57,037 nt of DNA from Alphaproteobacteria bacterium. GTDB taxonomy: Bacteria; Pseudomonadota; Alphaproteobacteria; Caulobacterales; Aquidulcibacteraceae. The stretch is taken from positions 32,397-89,433 of the forward strand of contig QBMO01000002.1 of NCBI GenBank assembly GCA_003242075.1. The letters are read 5' to 3'. A program made the position numbers and the translations under genes. How positions within the stretch are numbered: position 1 is the stretch's first letter; every line of letters starts with the position of its first letter. This document shows positions 1 to 11,122 of this stretch, piece by piece. A model generated the notes under the pieces. That model did not search any database. It was not told where the DNA came from and saw only the letters and a program-made list of their open reading frames with translations.

Positions 1-178
1 CGCCCGCGCCTTTGAACGCCATGTGCTCGAACAAGTGCGCGATGCCGTTCAGCTCCGCCGGCTCCCAGCGCGCGCCGACACGCTGCCAGACGCCGAGCGC
101 GGCTGTTGCAAGCCCCGGCATCGGGTCGAGCGCGATGCGCACGCCATTCGGCAAACGGACAAGATCGAGTTCGCTCAT
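1..178 (-). CDS. M16 (pitrilysin) family zinc peptidase, 5' part only; runs off the window edge
   Basis: Manual translation MSELDLVRLPNGVRIALDPMPGLATAALGVWQRVGARWEPAELNGIAHLFEHMAFKGAG contains the inverted Zn motif HxxEH; ATG overlaps the SURF1 stop (TAATG). Confidence 0.9.
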   Translation of the reverse strand, partial: MSELDLVRLPNGVRIALDPMPGLATAALGVWQRVGARWEPAELNGIAHLFEHMAFKGAG

Positions 179-870
179 TACTCTTCCGGCGGGCGCGGCG
201 GCGCAAAAGAGAGCCGCCCGACGCTGATGTGATAGGCGAAGTAGATCACCAGCAGCACCAAAGCGAGGCCGTACCAGGTAATGGCGTAGCCGAGGTGGCG
301 CGCCGGCGGCAGCGCATCGGCGCCCGGCGCCAGCGCAAACGGATTGGCGGCGGAGCGCCCGTCCGCGCCGACATAGGCGCCGGCGATGTAGTAATCGGCG
401 ACGTTCTCCAAGCCGCCATTGCGACCCATGGCGTTGAGATCAACGGCGAACCACAGACGCTGCAGCGGCCGTGGCGACAGCGTCAGCGGCGCTGGCGGCT
501 CCGGCCGGATCGAGGCGCCGGAGATTGGCGCGCCGAGGCGCAGCACGGCCGGCACGCGCACTTCTTCCGGATTGGGCGGCGCGATCTCGGGAATGAAATC
601 GCTATCGACGAAGACGATGGTGTCGCCGAACACAACCGGCACGAAGACACGCCAGCCCTGCTCGCGCGTGTCGGGGCGGACACCGTGCACGAACTGGATC
701 GCATCAGGCATCGCCTGATACTGCTCGATCGTCATTTCCGCGACCGGCTCGTCGGCGGCCGCACTTTTCTCTTGGTACTTTTCCCACTGCCAGCGGCCGA
801 ACGAAATCAGCACGGCCAGCGCGACGACCGAGAACAGCGTCATCACCAGGAGTGGGCGGAAGCGGATCAT
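178..870 (-). CDS. SURF1/Shy1 family cytochrome oxidase biogenesis protein
   Basis: N-terminal TM then FGRWQ; C-terminal HLGYAITWYGLA; position at the end of the cox operon. Confidence 0.9.
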   Translation of the reverse strand: MIRFRPLLVMTLFSVVALAVLISFGRWQWEKYQEKSAAADEPVAEMTIEQYQAMPDAIQFVHGVRPDTREQGWRVFVPVVFGDTIVFVDSDFIPEIAPPNPEEVRVPAVLRLGAPISGASIRPEPPAPLTLSPRPLQRLWFAVDLNAMGRNGGLENVADYYIAGAYVGADGRSAANPFALAPGADALPPARHLGYAITWYGLALVLLVIYFAYHISVGRLSFAPPRPPEE

Positions 871-1241
871 TGGATGTCTTTACCGGTGGCTTCGCGAGCT
901 TTGTGTTTCCACTGAAACGCAAAGAGCAAGGCTTTGAACGGCGGCAGCATCGCCAGGCAAAGCACAATCGCGGCGACCATGGTCAGCGTTAGCGCCAACC
1001 AGCCCGGCAGATGAAGCCCATACTGAAAGATGATCAGCAGCGGCGCGACGATGGCGCCAACGACCAGAATGACGAACACCGCCGGCCCATCGCCAGCGTC
1101 AGCAGCCTTGAAGTCAGCGTCGCACACAGTGCAGGTATCCCGGAAGCGCAGATATCCCGCAAACACCTTGCCTTCGCCGCACTGTGGGCAGCGGAGCCTG
1201 AGGCCCGCCACCCACGGCGAGATCGGTGCGCGTTCCGTCAA
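867..1241 (-). CDS. DUF983 family membrane protein
   Basis: GLRLRCPQCGEGKVF...CTVC...DAGDGPA motif; TTG start overlaps the coxIII stop (TTGA). Only the 3' part of track ORF 867..2093 is real. Confidence 0.85.
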   Translation of the reverse strand: MTERAPISPWVAGLRLRCPQCGEGKVFAGYLRFRDTCTVCDADFKAADAGDGPAVFVILVVGAIVAPLLIIFQYGLHLPGWLALTLTMVAAIVLCLAMLPPFKALLFAFQWKHKAREATGKDIQ

Positions 1242-2143
1242 TTCTGCATCGTCAGATACGGCATCACGTAAACGAAGGTGAACAGGAACAGCCACACGAC
1301 GTCGACGAAGTGCCAGTACCAGGCTGCGGCCTCGAGGCCGAAATGCTTCTGCGGGCTCATCTGGCCGACGATCACGCGCAGCAAGCAGACCGCGAGGAAG
1401 ATCGTGCCGATGATGACGTGGAAACCGTGGAAGCCCGTCGCCATGAAGAAGGACGCGCCATAGACGTTGGCGTTGGTGATGTCGCCCTGATTGCCGAAGG
1501 CAAAGCCGGCTTCGGGATATTCGACCGCGAACTGCACCCAAGTGAAGAGCGCGCCGAGCAGCACGGTGAGGATGAGGCCGTTGCGTGCGCCAGTGCGGTC
1601 GCCGGTCTGCATGGCGTGGTGCGCCCACGTCACCGTCGTGCCCGAGAGCAGCAGGATCAGCGTGTTGATCAGCGGCAGGTGGAAGGGATCGAAGGTTTCC
1701 ACGTGCGGCGGCGGCCAGTTGGCCCAGGCTTGCGCGGTGGCGGCGTCCCAGGTCGGCACCGCCCACTCGGCACGGTTGCCGTGGAAGATGGTCATCTCGA
1801 AGAAGACCCAGAACCACGCCACGAAGAACATCACTTCCGACGCGATGAACAGGATCATGCCGTAGCGCAGGCCGATATCGACCACCGGCGTGTGATCGCC
1901 AGCTTTGCTTTCCTTGATGACGTCGCTCCACCAGCCGATGCAGGTGAGGACGAGGATGCCCATGCCGATCCAGAACAACGCCCACTGGCCGTCGCTCAGG
2001 AAGAAGTTGTTCTCGTCGGTGACGAGCCCCTTTTGCGAGACCACGAAGCCGATCGCGGCAATGAGCGCGCCAACCGACGCGACAAACGGCCATGGGCTTG
2101 GGTTGACCAAGTGATAGTCGTGTTTGACCTCGCCGTGCGCCAT
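1238..2143 (-). CDS. ctaE: Cytochrome c oxidase subunit III
   Basis: HDYHLVNPSPWP, ATGFHGFHV and AAWYWHFVDVVWLFLF motifs; ATG 2143 follows a purine-rich SD. Confidence 0.97.
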   Translation of the reverse strand: MAHGEVKHDYHLVNPSPWPFVASVGALIAAIGFVVSQKGLVTDENNFFLSDGQWALFWIGMGILVLTCIGWWSDVIKESKAGDHTPVVDIGLRYGMILFIASEVMFFVAWFWVFFEMTIFHGNRAEWAVPTWDAATAQAWANWPPPHVETFDPFHLPLINTLILLLSGTTVTWAHHAMQTGDRTGARNGLILTVLLGALFTWVQFAVEYPEAGFAFGNQGDITNANVYGASFFMATGFHGFHVIIGTIFLAVCLLRVIVGQMSPQKHFGLEAAAWYWHFVDVVWLFLFTFVYVMPYLTMQN

Positions 2144-2196
2144 CTCTTCCCTCTTCGCACTAGCCACGAGCCCGGAGGCCGCGGCGTATTCAAACT

Positions 2197-2742
2197 TTAG
2201 CTTCCCGCCGTGGAGCGGAAGTACGTGTAAGACAATGTCACCGTGTTGATGTCGGCGGTGTTTGGATCATCGACCAGTTCGGGATCGACGAAGAACACTA
2301 CCGGCAGCTCAGCTTCTTCGCCCGGCGCAAGCGTGCGGTCGGTGAAGCAGAAGCATTCGAGCTTGGCGAAATACTGGCCCGCGACGTGCGGCGTGACGTT
2401 ATAGGTCGCGCGCGCCACGATCGGTTCGTCCGACAGATTGCGGATGCGATAGAACGCCAAGCCGGTTTCACCGATGCGCAGCGTCTCGCTCACTTGCGAC
2501 GGCGAGAACTCGACCGGTAAATCAGGCGAGACGTTGGAGTCGAAGCGTATTTCGATGGTGCGCTCAAGCGCCTGGCTCGGCGCGGCGGAGGCTTCTTGCG
2601 TGGTGCCGCCATAGCCGGTGATGCGGCAGAAGGCTTCGTAGAGCGGCACCGCGGCGAAGGCCATGCCGGTCATGAACACGACAGTTGCGCCCGCGATCGC
2701 GGCGGTGATCGCCATGCGCTTTTTGTTCGGGGGCGCGCTCAT
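2197..2742 (-). CDS. ctaG: Cytochrome c oxidase assembly protein CtaG/Cox11
   Basis: AAVPLYEAFCRITGYGGT and KLECFCF copper-binding motifs. Confidence 0.96.
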   Translation of the reverse strand: MSAPPNKKRMAITAAIAGATVVFMTGMAFAAVPLYEAFCRITGYGGTTQEASAAPSQALERTIEIRFDSNVSPDLPVEFSPSQVSETLRIGETGLAFYRIRNLSDEPIVARATYNVTPHVAGQYFAKLECFCFTDRTLAPGEEAELPVVFFVDPELVDDPNTADINTVTLSYTYFRSTAGS

Positions 2743-2888
2743 AGCGGGCGCTCCAGCACGCCGGCTTGCAGCTGCGCCATCGTGATGGCGAAGACGAGCA
2801 GCACGAAGGCGGCGATCGCCACCGCGATGAAGACGTTGCGGCGCTTACGGGCCGCGACCTCTTCAGGGGTAAGGACGATCCCGCTCAT
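2739..2888 (-). CDS. Small single-TM cox operon protein (CoxF-like), 49 aa
   Basis: Manual translation MSGIVLTPEEVAARKRRNVFIAVAIAAFVLLVFAITMAQLQAGVLERPL; ATGA overlaps with both neighbours; too short for the ORF track. Confidence 0.85.
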   Translation of the reverse strand: MSGIVLTPEEVAARKRRNVFIAVAIAAFVLLVFAITMAQLQAGVLERPL

Positions 2889-3793
2889 GCGAAGCCTCGC
2901 TCAGCCAGGAGTGCCGCGAACACCGCGAAGAGATAGATGATCGAAAAGCCGAACAGATCGCGCGCGGGCTTATCCTGCGCCGGCACGCCATTGCCCGCGT
3001 CGGACTTGAGCACGCGCCACGCAAGGAAGACAAAGAACGCGCCGCCGAGAGCAGCGATCGCGCCATAGATCGGGCCGCCAAGCCCGGTCAGCACCGGCGC
3101 GACGCCGAGCGGCGCGAGCAGCAAGGTGTAAGCGAAGATGTGGCGACGCGTGGATTTCGCGCCATGCGTTACGGGCAGCATCGGCACGCGGGCGGCCGCG
3201 TAATCCTTGTTCTGTAATAGCGCCAGCGCCCAGAAATGCGGCGGCGTCCACATGAAGATGATCGCCACTAGCAGAATGGGATCGAGCGCCAGCGAACCGG
3301 TCTTTGCGGCCCAAGCAATGGCCGGCGGCAGCGCGCCCGAGAGGCCGCCAATGACGATGTTCTGCGGCGTCAGGCGCTTCAGCCACATCGTGTAGATCAC
3401 GGCGTAGAAAAAGATCGTGAACGCCAGCAGCAAAGCCGCAAACGTGTTGGCGGCGAGTTGCATCGTCACCACTGACAGCGCCGAGAGCATCAAGCCCAGC
3501 ATCAGCGCTTCGTCGCGCGGCACGCGGCCGGACGGGATCGGGCGCGAACGCGTGCGGCTCATCACCAGATCGATATCGCTATCGAACCACATGTTGAGCG
3601 CGCCAGCCGCACCGGCGGCGACCGCAATGGAGAGCACTGCGGCGAAGCCGAGTATGAAATCGCCCTGCCCGGGCGCCACCATGTAGCCGACGAGGCCGGT
3701 GAACACGACCAGCGACATCACGCGCGGCTTCAGCAACGCAACGTAATCGCTCGCGCTGGCTGGCCGTGTGGTGGTGACGTCAAGGATCGCCAT
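2885..3793 (-). CDS. ctaB: Protoheme IX farnesyltransferase (heme O synthase)
   Basis: LLKPRVMSLVVFT, DIDLVMSRTRSRPIP and WTPPHFWAL motifs. Confidence 0.97.
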   Translation of the reverse strand: MAILDVTTTRPASASDYVALLKPRVMSLVVFTGLVGYMVAPGQGDFILGFAAVLSIAVAAGAAGALNMWFDSDIDLVMSRTRSRPIPSGRVPRDEALMLGLMLSALSVVTMQLAANTFAALLLAFTIFFYAVIYTMWLKRLTPQNIVIGGLSGALPPAIAWAAKTGSLALDPILLVAIIFMWTPPHFWALALLQNKDYAAARVPMLPVTHGAKSTRRHIFAYTLLLAPLGVAPVLTGLGGPIYGAIAALGGAFFVFLAWRVLKSDAGNGVPAQDKPARDLFGFSIIYLFAVFAALLAERGFA

Positions 3794-3801
3794 TCAACGC
3801 C

Positions 3802-6370
<2,569 letters not shown>

Positions 6371-6480
6371 GAGATTCAGCGCCGGTATGGCGCGCGCCGT
6401 TCCCCACGCCTATAGTCCGCGGGCGCGGCATTCGACCGCGCCTTGCGGTTTCGTAACTCTCTAGCTGACGGGGTGCTAGC

Positions 6481-7119
6481 ATGGTCGGCGCTTGGCTTCC
6501 AAGGCGCTTTCGCGCCGGGATTCCGGCGCTCGTCGTCGCCGCCCTGGTGACGATCACGCCGGCCCTCGCCCAACGCGACTCGCGTGCGGTGACCATCATC
6601 GGGGGTGACGCCTATTCGGCGCGGTGCATCGCCAATGTCGCCGCGGGCGACTTCGGCGACATTACGCTTGATACGTGCACCCGCGCCCTGCGTAACCCCC
6701 GCCTTAACGACGAGGGCGAGATGCAGCTCTTGATCACGCGCGGCATCGTCCACCTCCGTCGCGGCAATGGTGAAGCCGCCATCGCCGACTTCGACGTTGT
6801 GCTGGAAGAAGATGACGAGCACGCCGAGGCGCGCCTGAACCGGGCAGCCGCGCTGGTGCAACTGGGCCGGCATGGACCCGCTATTGCCGAAATCACCCAG
6901 GCGCTGAGCCTCGGGGTAGCCGAGCCCCACAAGGCCTATTTCAACCGCGCTGCGGCCCGCGAGGCGCTCGGCGACATCCGCGGCGCCTACGAGGATTACT
7001 CAACGGCATTGGAAATTCAGCCTGATTGGGGCCCCGCCAGCGCCGAGCTCGCCCGCTTCGCGCGCGGCCGGCGCGACCATTTGGCCAACGTGCTGAGCGA
7101 CCCCGCACCGCAGCAATAA
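6481..7119 (+). CDS. Exported tetratricopeptide repeat protein (start uncertain)
   Basis: Signal-like N-terminus (ALA-Q); TPR helices (RGIVHL..AAIADF, NRAAAL..AI, YFNRAAARE..AYEDY). Confidence 0.85.
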   Translation: MVGAWLPRRFRAGIPALVVAALVTITPALAQRDSRAVTIIGGDAYSARCIANVAAGDFGDITLDTCTRALRNPRLNDEGEMQLLITRGIVHLRRGNGEAAIADFDVVLEEDDEHAEARLNRAAALVQLGRHGPAIAEITQALSLGVAEPHKAYFNRAAAREALGDIRGAYEDYSTALEIQPDWGPASAELARFARGRRDHLANVLSDPAPQQ

Positions 7120-7180
7120 GACCGTTTCGGGGACGCCAGCGCCCGACTCGCCCCCTATATGTCTCTCAACAGGAGACACC

Positions 7181-8602
7181 ATGGCTGACAGCCTTCGCGC
7201 ACCTTTAGATCAAGCCGCTGAGATGGATTGGGCCGCTGCCGGGGAAATCCTGGCGAACGCCACCCGCGGCGCTGACGACGGCGAACTCTTCGTCGAAGAC
7301 AGCCGCACCGAAAGTTTCTTGTGGGATGACGGCCGGCTGAAGTCGGCTTCGTTCGACGCCACGCAAGGCTTCGGTCTGCGAGTCGTCGCTGGCGAACGCG
7401 CCGGCTATGGCCACGCCAGCGTGCTCGATACCGAAGCCGTGTCGCGCGCGGCGGAAGCCGCGGCGGCGGTGAAGCTCGGCCACGCCGGCACGCTTGATGT
7501 CAGCCCAGCGCGCGTGAACCGTCAGCTCTACGCGAACTTCGACCCAATCGAATCCCCGACCTTCACAGCGAAGACCGATCTGCTCGCCGAGATCGACGCA
7601 TACTGCCGCGCCAAGGATCCGCGCGTGGTGCAAGTGGCGGCGACGTTGGCCGGCGCCTATCGCGGGCTCACCATTCTGCGCCCCGACGGCGCCAAGCTGA
7701 ACGATCACCGTCCGCTGGTCCGCGTGAATGTGTCGATCACGGTCGAGCGCGATGGCCGCCGCGAAAGCGGCTCGGCCGGCGCCGGCGGTCGCGAGCCGTA
7801 CGAAGTGTTCATCGCGCCGGAGCGCTGGAAGGCGCTGGCCGACGAAGCGCTGCGTATCGCCCTCGTAACCCTCGACGCCATCCCCGCCCCGACCGGCGAG
7901 ATGGACGTGGTGCTTGGCCCAGGATGGCCGGGCGTGTTGCTGCACGAAGCCGTCGGCCATGGCCTCGAAGGCGACTTCAACCGCAAGGGCACGAGCGCAT
8001 TTTCCGGCATGGTCGGCGAACGCGTTGCCGCACCCGGTGTAACAGTTGTGGATGACGGCACGCTCGAAAATCGTCGCGGCTCGCTAACGATCGACGACGA
8101 AGGCACGCCCACGCAGCGCACGGTTTTGATCGAAGACGGCATCCTCAAAGGCTATCTGCAGGACCGCATGAACGCGCGCCTCTCCGGCGTTGCGCCCACC
8201 GGTTCAGGCCGCCGCGAAAGCTACGCGCACCGGCCGATGCCGCGCATGACCAACACCTTCATGACGGCGGGCGATCATGATCCAGGCGAGATCCTCGCTG
8301 GCCTGAAGTCCGGCGTTTACGCGGTTAATTTCGGAGGCGGTCAGGTCGACATCACGTCGGGCAAGTTCGTTTTCCAATGCACCGAGGCCTATCTCGTCGA
8401 AGACGGAAAGATCAAAGCGCCGATCAAAGGCGCGACGTTGATCGGCGACGGTCCGAGCGCGCTGACGCGCGTGAAGATGGTCGGCAACGATCTCAAATTG
8501 GATGAAGGCGTAGGCACGTGCGGCAAGGCTGGGCAGAGCGTGCCAGTCGGAGTGGGACAGCCGACACTCTACATCACCGGTCTGACAATCGGCGGCGGCT
8601 GA
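7181..8602 (+). CDS. tldD: Metalloprotease TldD
   Basis: LLHEAVGHGLEGDFNRKG, PRMTNT and GTCGKAGQSVPVGVGQP; SD CAGGAG. Confidence 0.97.
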   Translation: MADSLRAPLDQAAEMDWAAAGEILANATRGADDGELFVEDSRTESFLWDDGRLKSASFDATQGFGLRVVAGERAGYGHASVLDTEAVSRAAEAAAAVKLGHAGTLDVSPARVNRQLYANFDPIESPTFTAKTDLLAEIDAYCRAKDPRVVQVAATLAGAYRGLTILRPDGAKLNDHRPLVRVNVSITVERDGRRESGSAGAGGREPYEVFIAPERWKALADEALRIALVTLDAIPAPTGEMDVVLGPGWPGVLLHEAVGHGLEGDFNRKGTSAFSGMVGERVAAPGVTVVDDGTLENRRGSLTIDDEGTPTQRTVLIEDGILKGYLQDRMNARLSGVAPTGSGRRESYAHRPMPRMTNTFMTAGDHDPGEILAGLKSGVYAVNFGGGQVDITSGKFVFQCTEAYLVEDGKIKAPIKGATLIGDGPSALTRVKMVGNDLKLDEGVGTCGKAGQSVPVGVGQPTLYITGLTIGGG

Positions 8603-8677
8603 AGCGCGGCGTGCATTTACAATTTAGAGAATCGACGCAGAGATTTGATCATCCCAATGTCTGGGGAGGTTGATACT

Positions 8678-8761
8678 ATGGCTGCGAAAAAGAAAACGGC
8701 GAAGGTCGCTAAAGCCGCTTCCAAGGCGAAAGCGAAGAAGCCGGCCGGCAAGAAGAAGTAA
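8678..8761 (+). CDS. 27-aa Lys/Ala-rich microprotein MAAKKKTAKVAKAASKAKAKKPAGKKK
   Basis: Strong SD GGGGAGG 8 nt before ATG; clean ORF; followed by an intrinsic terminator. Confidence 0.75.
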   Translation: MAAKKKTAKVAKAASKAKAKKPAGKKK

Positions 8762-8786
8762 GCTTCTTCCTTCCGAACGAACTAAG

Positions 8787-8822
8787 GAGACGCCGCCGGG
8801 GGCAACCTCGGCGGCGTTTTCG
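8787..8822 (+). terminator. Rho-independent terminator
   Basis: Stem ACGCCGCCGGGG/CCTCGGCGGCGT, GCAA loop, then TTTCGTTT. Confidence 0.85.
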
Positions 8823-8980
8823 TTTGGTCGCGGCCATTTTGTAATCCATCGCAAAGCGCCACGCGCTGCCTCGCTTTCGCCCGCCCGTCTGCGTCCAACC
8901 GGGGCGCTGCAATCATCAAGCAACATGCAGCGCGCACAGAAAGCCGTGGAAACGGCGGCGCGAGCGGGAGGGACACTCGT

Positions 8981-11122
8981 ATGTTTGGTCGGATGATGGT
9001 TTCGGCGCTGGCTTTGACCGGCGTCGCGTATGCGCAAACCCCTCCCAGCGAGGAGACAGCGCCGGAATGCACGCCGCAGCCAACATGTGCTGTCACAGCG
9101 CCGCAAAGCAGCGCCGACCGCGTGATCTACGAAGCCGCGTACTTCACCCAATACAATCCGCAGAACGCCAACGACATGGTCAACCAGACACCGGGCTTTA
9201 CGCTCGATGGCGGCGACGACCGGCGCGGCTTCTCCGGCGCCGTCGGCAATCTGCTGATCGATGGCCTACGGCCGAGCACCAAGAGCCAATCGCTCTCCGG
9301 CATTCTTTCGCGCATCCCCGCCAACCAAGTCGTGCGCATCGAAGTGCTGCGCGGCGGCGCCGTGGCGGGCGACGCGTCGGGGCAATCGACGCTGCTCAAT
9401 ATTGTCCGCACGCCAAGCGCCGGCAGCGGATTGTGGGAAGCCGGCTTCGAACTCACCGGCCACGATGACGGCCCCGCCCCGCGCGGCGAAATTTCTTATA
9501 GCGGCCGCAACGGCCAGATCGAATACGGCATCGGCGCATCACTCTTCTCGCAGCATCGCGAGCTTCCGGGTTGGCGCCGCTTTTATGATGCGAGCGACGC
9601 CTATCTCGGGCGCGCGGACACGCCTTCTCCGCGCGAGTTCTACGAAGGCTCCGTGACTGGCAACCTCGCCTTTCCGCTCTGGGGCGGACGCGTCAGTTCA
9701 AACGCTCAGATCGAAGGCTTCGACTTTCACGCTGACAGCGACTTCTTGTTCTTCGACGCTGCGGAAGCGCCGGACTTGAGCTTGCTCACCGATTTCAACG
9801 AAGGCCGCCGCGGTTTCGAGGTCGGCCTGAACTACGACCGCGATTTCGGGCCCTGGCAAATGGGCTTGATCGCCCTCGTCAATCGCGCGCAGTACGAAAG
9901 CACCGAAGACGTCGAACTGTTGGATGAGTTCGGCGCGCTCGACCAAACGCAATTGCAGGAAGTCACGCAGGATACCGGCGAGACCATTGTACGCGGCTCG
10001 CTGTCCCGGGCGCTCAATGCACGCCACCGCATCGAGTTCGGCGGCGAAGCGGCGTTCAACACACTGGATCAAACGCTCGCCTTCACGATCGACGATGGCG
10101 GCGGCCCCACGCCGCTTGTGATCCCCAATTCGAACGTGTTGGTCGAAGAAGAGCGCGCCGAGCTTTTCGGCTCGCACACCTGGCAGCCGGCCGAGCGCTG
10201 GACGCTGGAGACGCGTCTGGCCTGGGAGACCTCCACCCTCACCTTCACCGGCGAGGACGATGAGAGCGAGACGGAGCTTTCGTTCTGGAAGCCGTCGATG
10301 CAGATCTCGCGCACCTTCGGCGAAAACAACCAAGCGCGCTTCCGCATCTATCGCGATGTAGGCCAACTCGACTTCGGCGATTTCGTCTCGGCCGCGGGCA
10401 TTGCGGACGCGCTGATCAATGGCGGCAATACCGGGCTCGAGCCGCCGACCTCATGGCGCGCCGAACTCGGCACGGATTTCCGCTTCACTGGCGGCGCCGC
10501 GTTGAGCCTTACGCTCGCCTACCACGACATCACCGACGCCGAGGATCTGGTGCTCCTCAGCGCGCCGAACCCCGATGAAGACCCCTTCGACCCGGACGAC
10601 GATTTCATCCTCTTCGACGCGCCGGGAAACATCGGCGACGCTGAACTGTGGGTGCTCAATGTCAACTATTCGACGCCGGTCAGCTTCATTCCGGGCGGGC
10701 GCCTCACGGTGCAAGGCTATCTGCGCGAGAGCGAAGTGATCGATCCGGTGACGGGCGACATGCGCACGCTCTCCTACACGCCGGAATCGCAGATCGAAGT
10801 CACGTTCCGGCAAGACATTCCGAGCTTGCGCTTCGCGTGGGGTTTCTCAGCGTTCAAGCAGGGCGAGTTCCAGGCCTATCGATTCAACGAAATCGACACG
10901 AGCGAAGAAGGCCCGTGGATCGATGTCTGGGCCGAGACGACGGCGCTGCCGGGCAATACGCGTTTGCGGGTGTGGGCGGCCAACGCGTTTGACGGCGTGA
11001 TCGAGCGCGATCGCCGCTTTTTTGCGCCAGACCGCACCGGTGGCTTCCTACGCAGCGACGTGCGCCAACGCCAATTCGCGCAAGCGCCATGGCTGATCGT
11101 GGAGCTGAGCGGCCGGTTCTAG
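8981..11122 (+). CDS. TonB-dependent receptor-like outer membrane beta-barrel
   Basis: Signal peptide; plug segment (DMVNQTPGF..RRGFSG..NLLIDG..RIEVLRG); amphipathic strands; C-terminal Phe; SD GGGAGG. Confidence 0.9.
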   Translation: MFGRMMVSALALTGVAYAQTPPSEETAPECTPQPTCAVTAPQSSADRVIYEAAYFTQYNPQNANDMVNQTPGFTLDGGDDRRGFSGAVGNLLIDGLRPSTKSQSLSGILSRIPANQVVRIEVLRGGAVAGDASGQSTLLNIVRTPSAGSGLWEAGFELTGHDDGPAPRGEISYSGRNGQIEYGIGASLFSQHRELPGWRRFYDASDAYLGRADTPSPREFYEGSVTGNLAFPLWGGRVSSNAQIEGFDFHADSDFLFFDAAEAPDLSLLTDFNEGRRGFEVGLNYDRDFGPWQMGLIALVNRAQYESTEDVELLDEFGALDQTQLQEVTQDTGETIVRGSLSRALNARHRIEFGGEAAFNTLDQTLAFTIDDGGGPTPLVIPNSNVLVEEERAELFGSHTWQPAERWTLETRLAWETSTLTFTGEDDESETELSFWKPSMQISRTFGENNQARFRIYRDVGQLDFGDFVSAAGIADALINGGNTGLEPPTSWRAELGTDFRFTGGAALSLTLAYHDITDAEDLVLLSAPNPDEDPFDPDDDFILFDAPGNIGDAELWVLNVNYSTPVSFIPGGRLTVQGYLRESEVIDPVTGDMRTLSYTPESQIEVTFRQDIPSLRFAWGFSAFKQGEFQAYRFNEIDTSEEGPWIDVWAETTALPGNTRLRVWAANAFDGVIERDRRFFAPDRTGGFLRSDVRQRQFAQAPWLIVELSGRF

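Noticed and set aside
867-2093. 408-aa ORF in the track
   Set aside because: The 5' part is an off-frame shadow of ctaE; only 867-1241 (DUF983) is a real gene
8904-8933. GCGCTGCA-N14-TGCAGCGC inverted repeat upstream of the TonB receptor; possible riboswitch or operator
   Set aside because: No cobalamin/TPP riboswitch or Fur-box consensus recognised; an 8-bp GC-rich repeat is weak evidence
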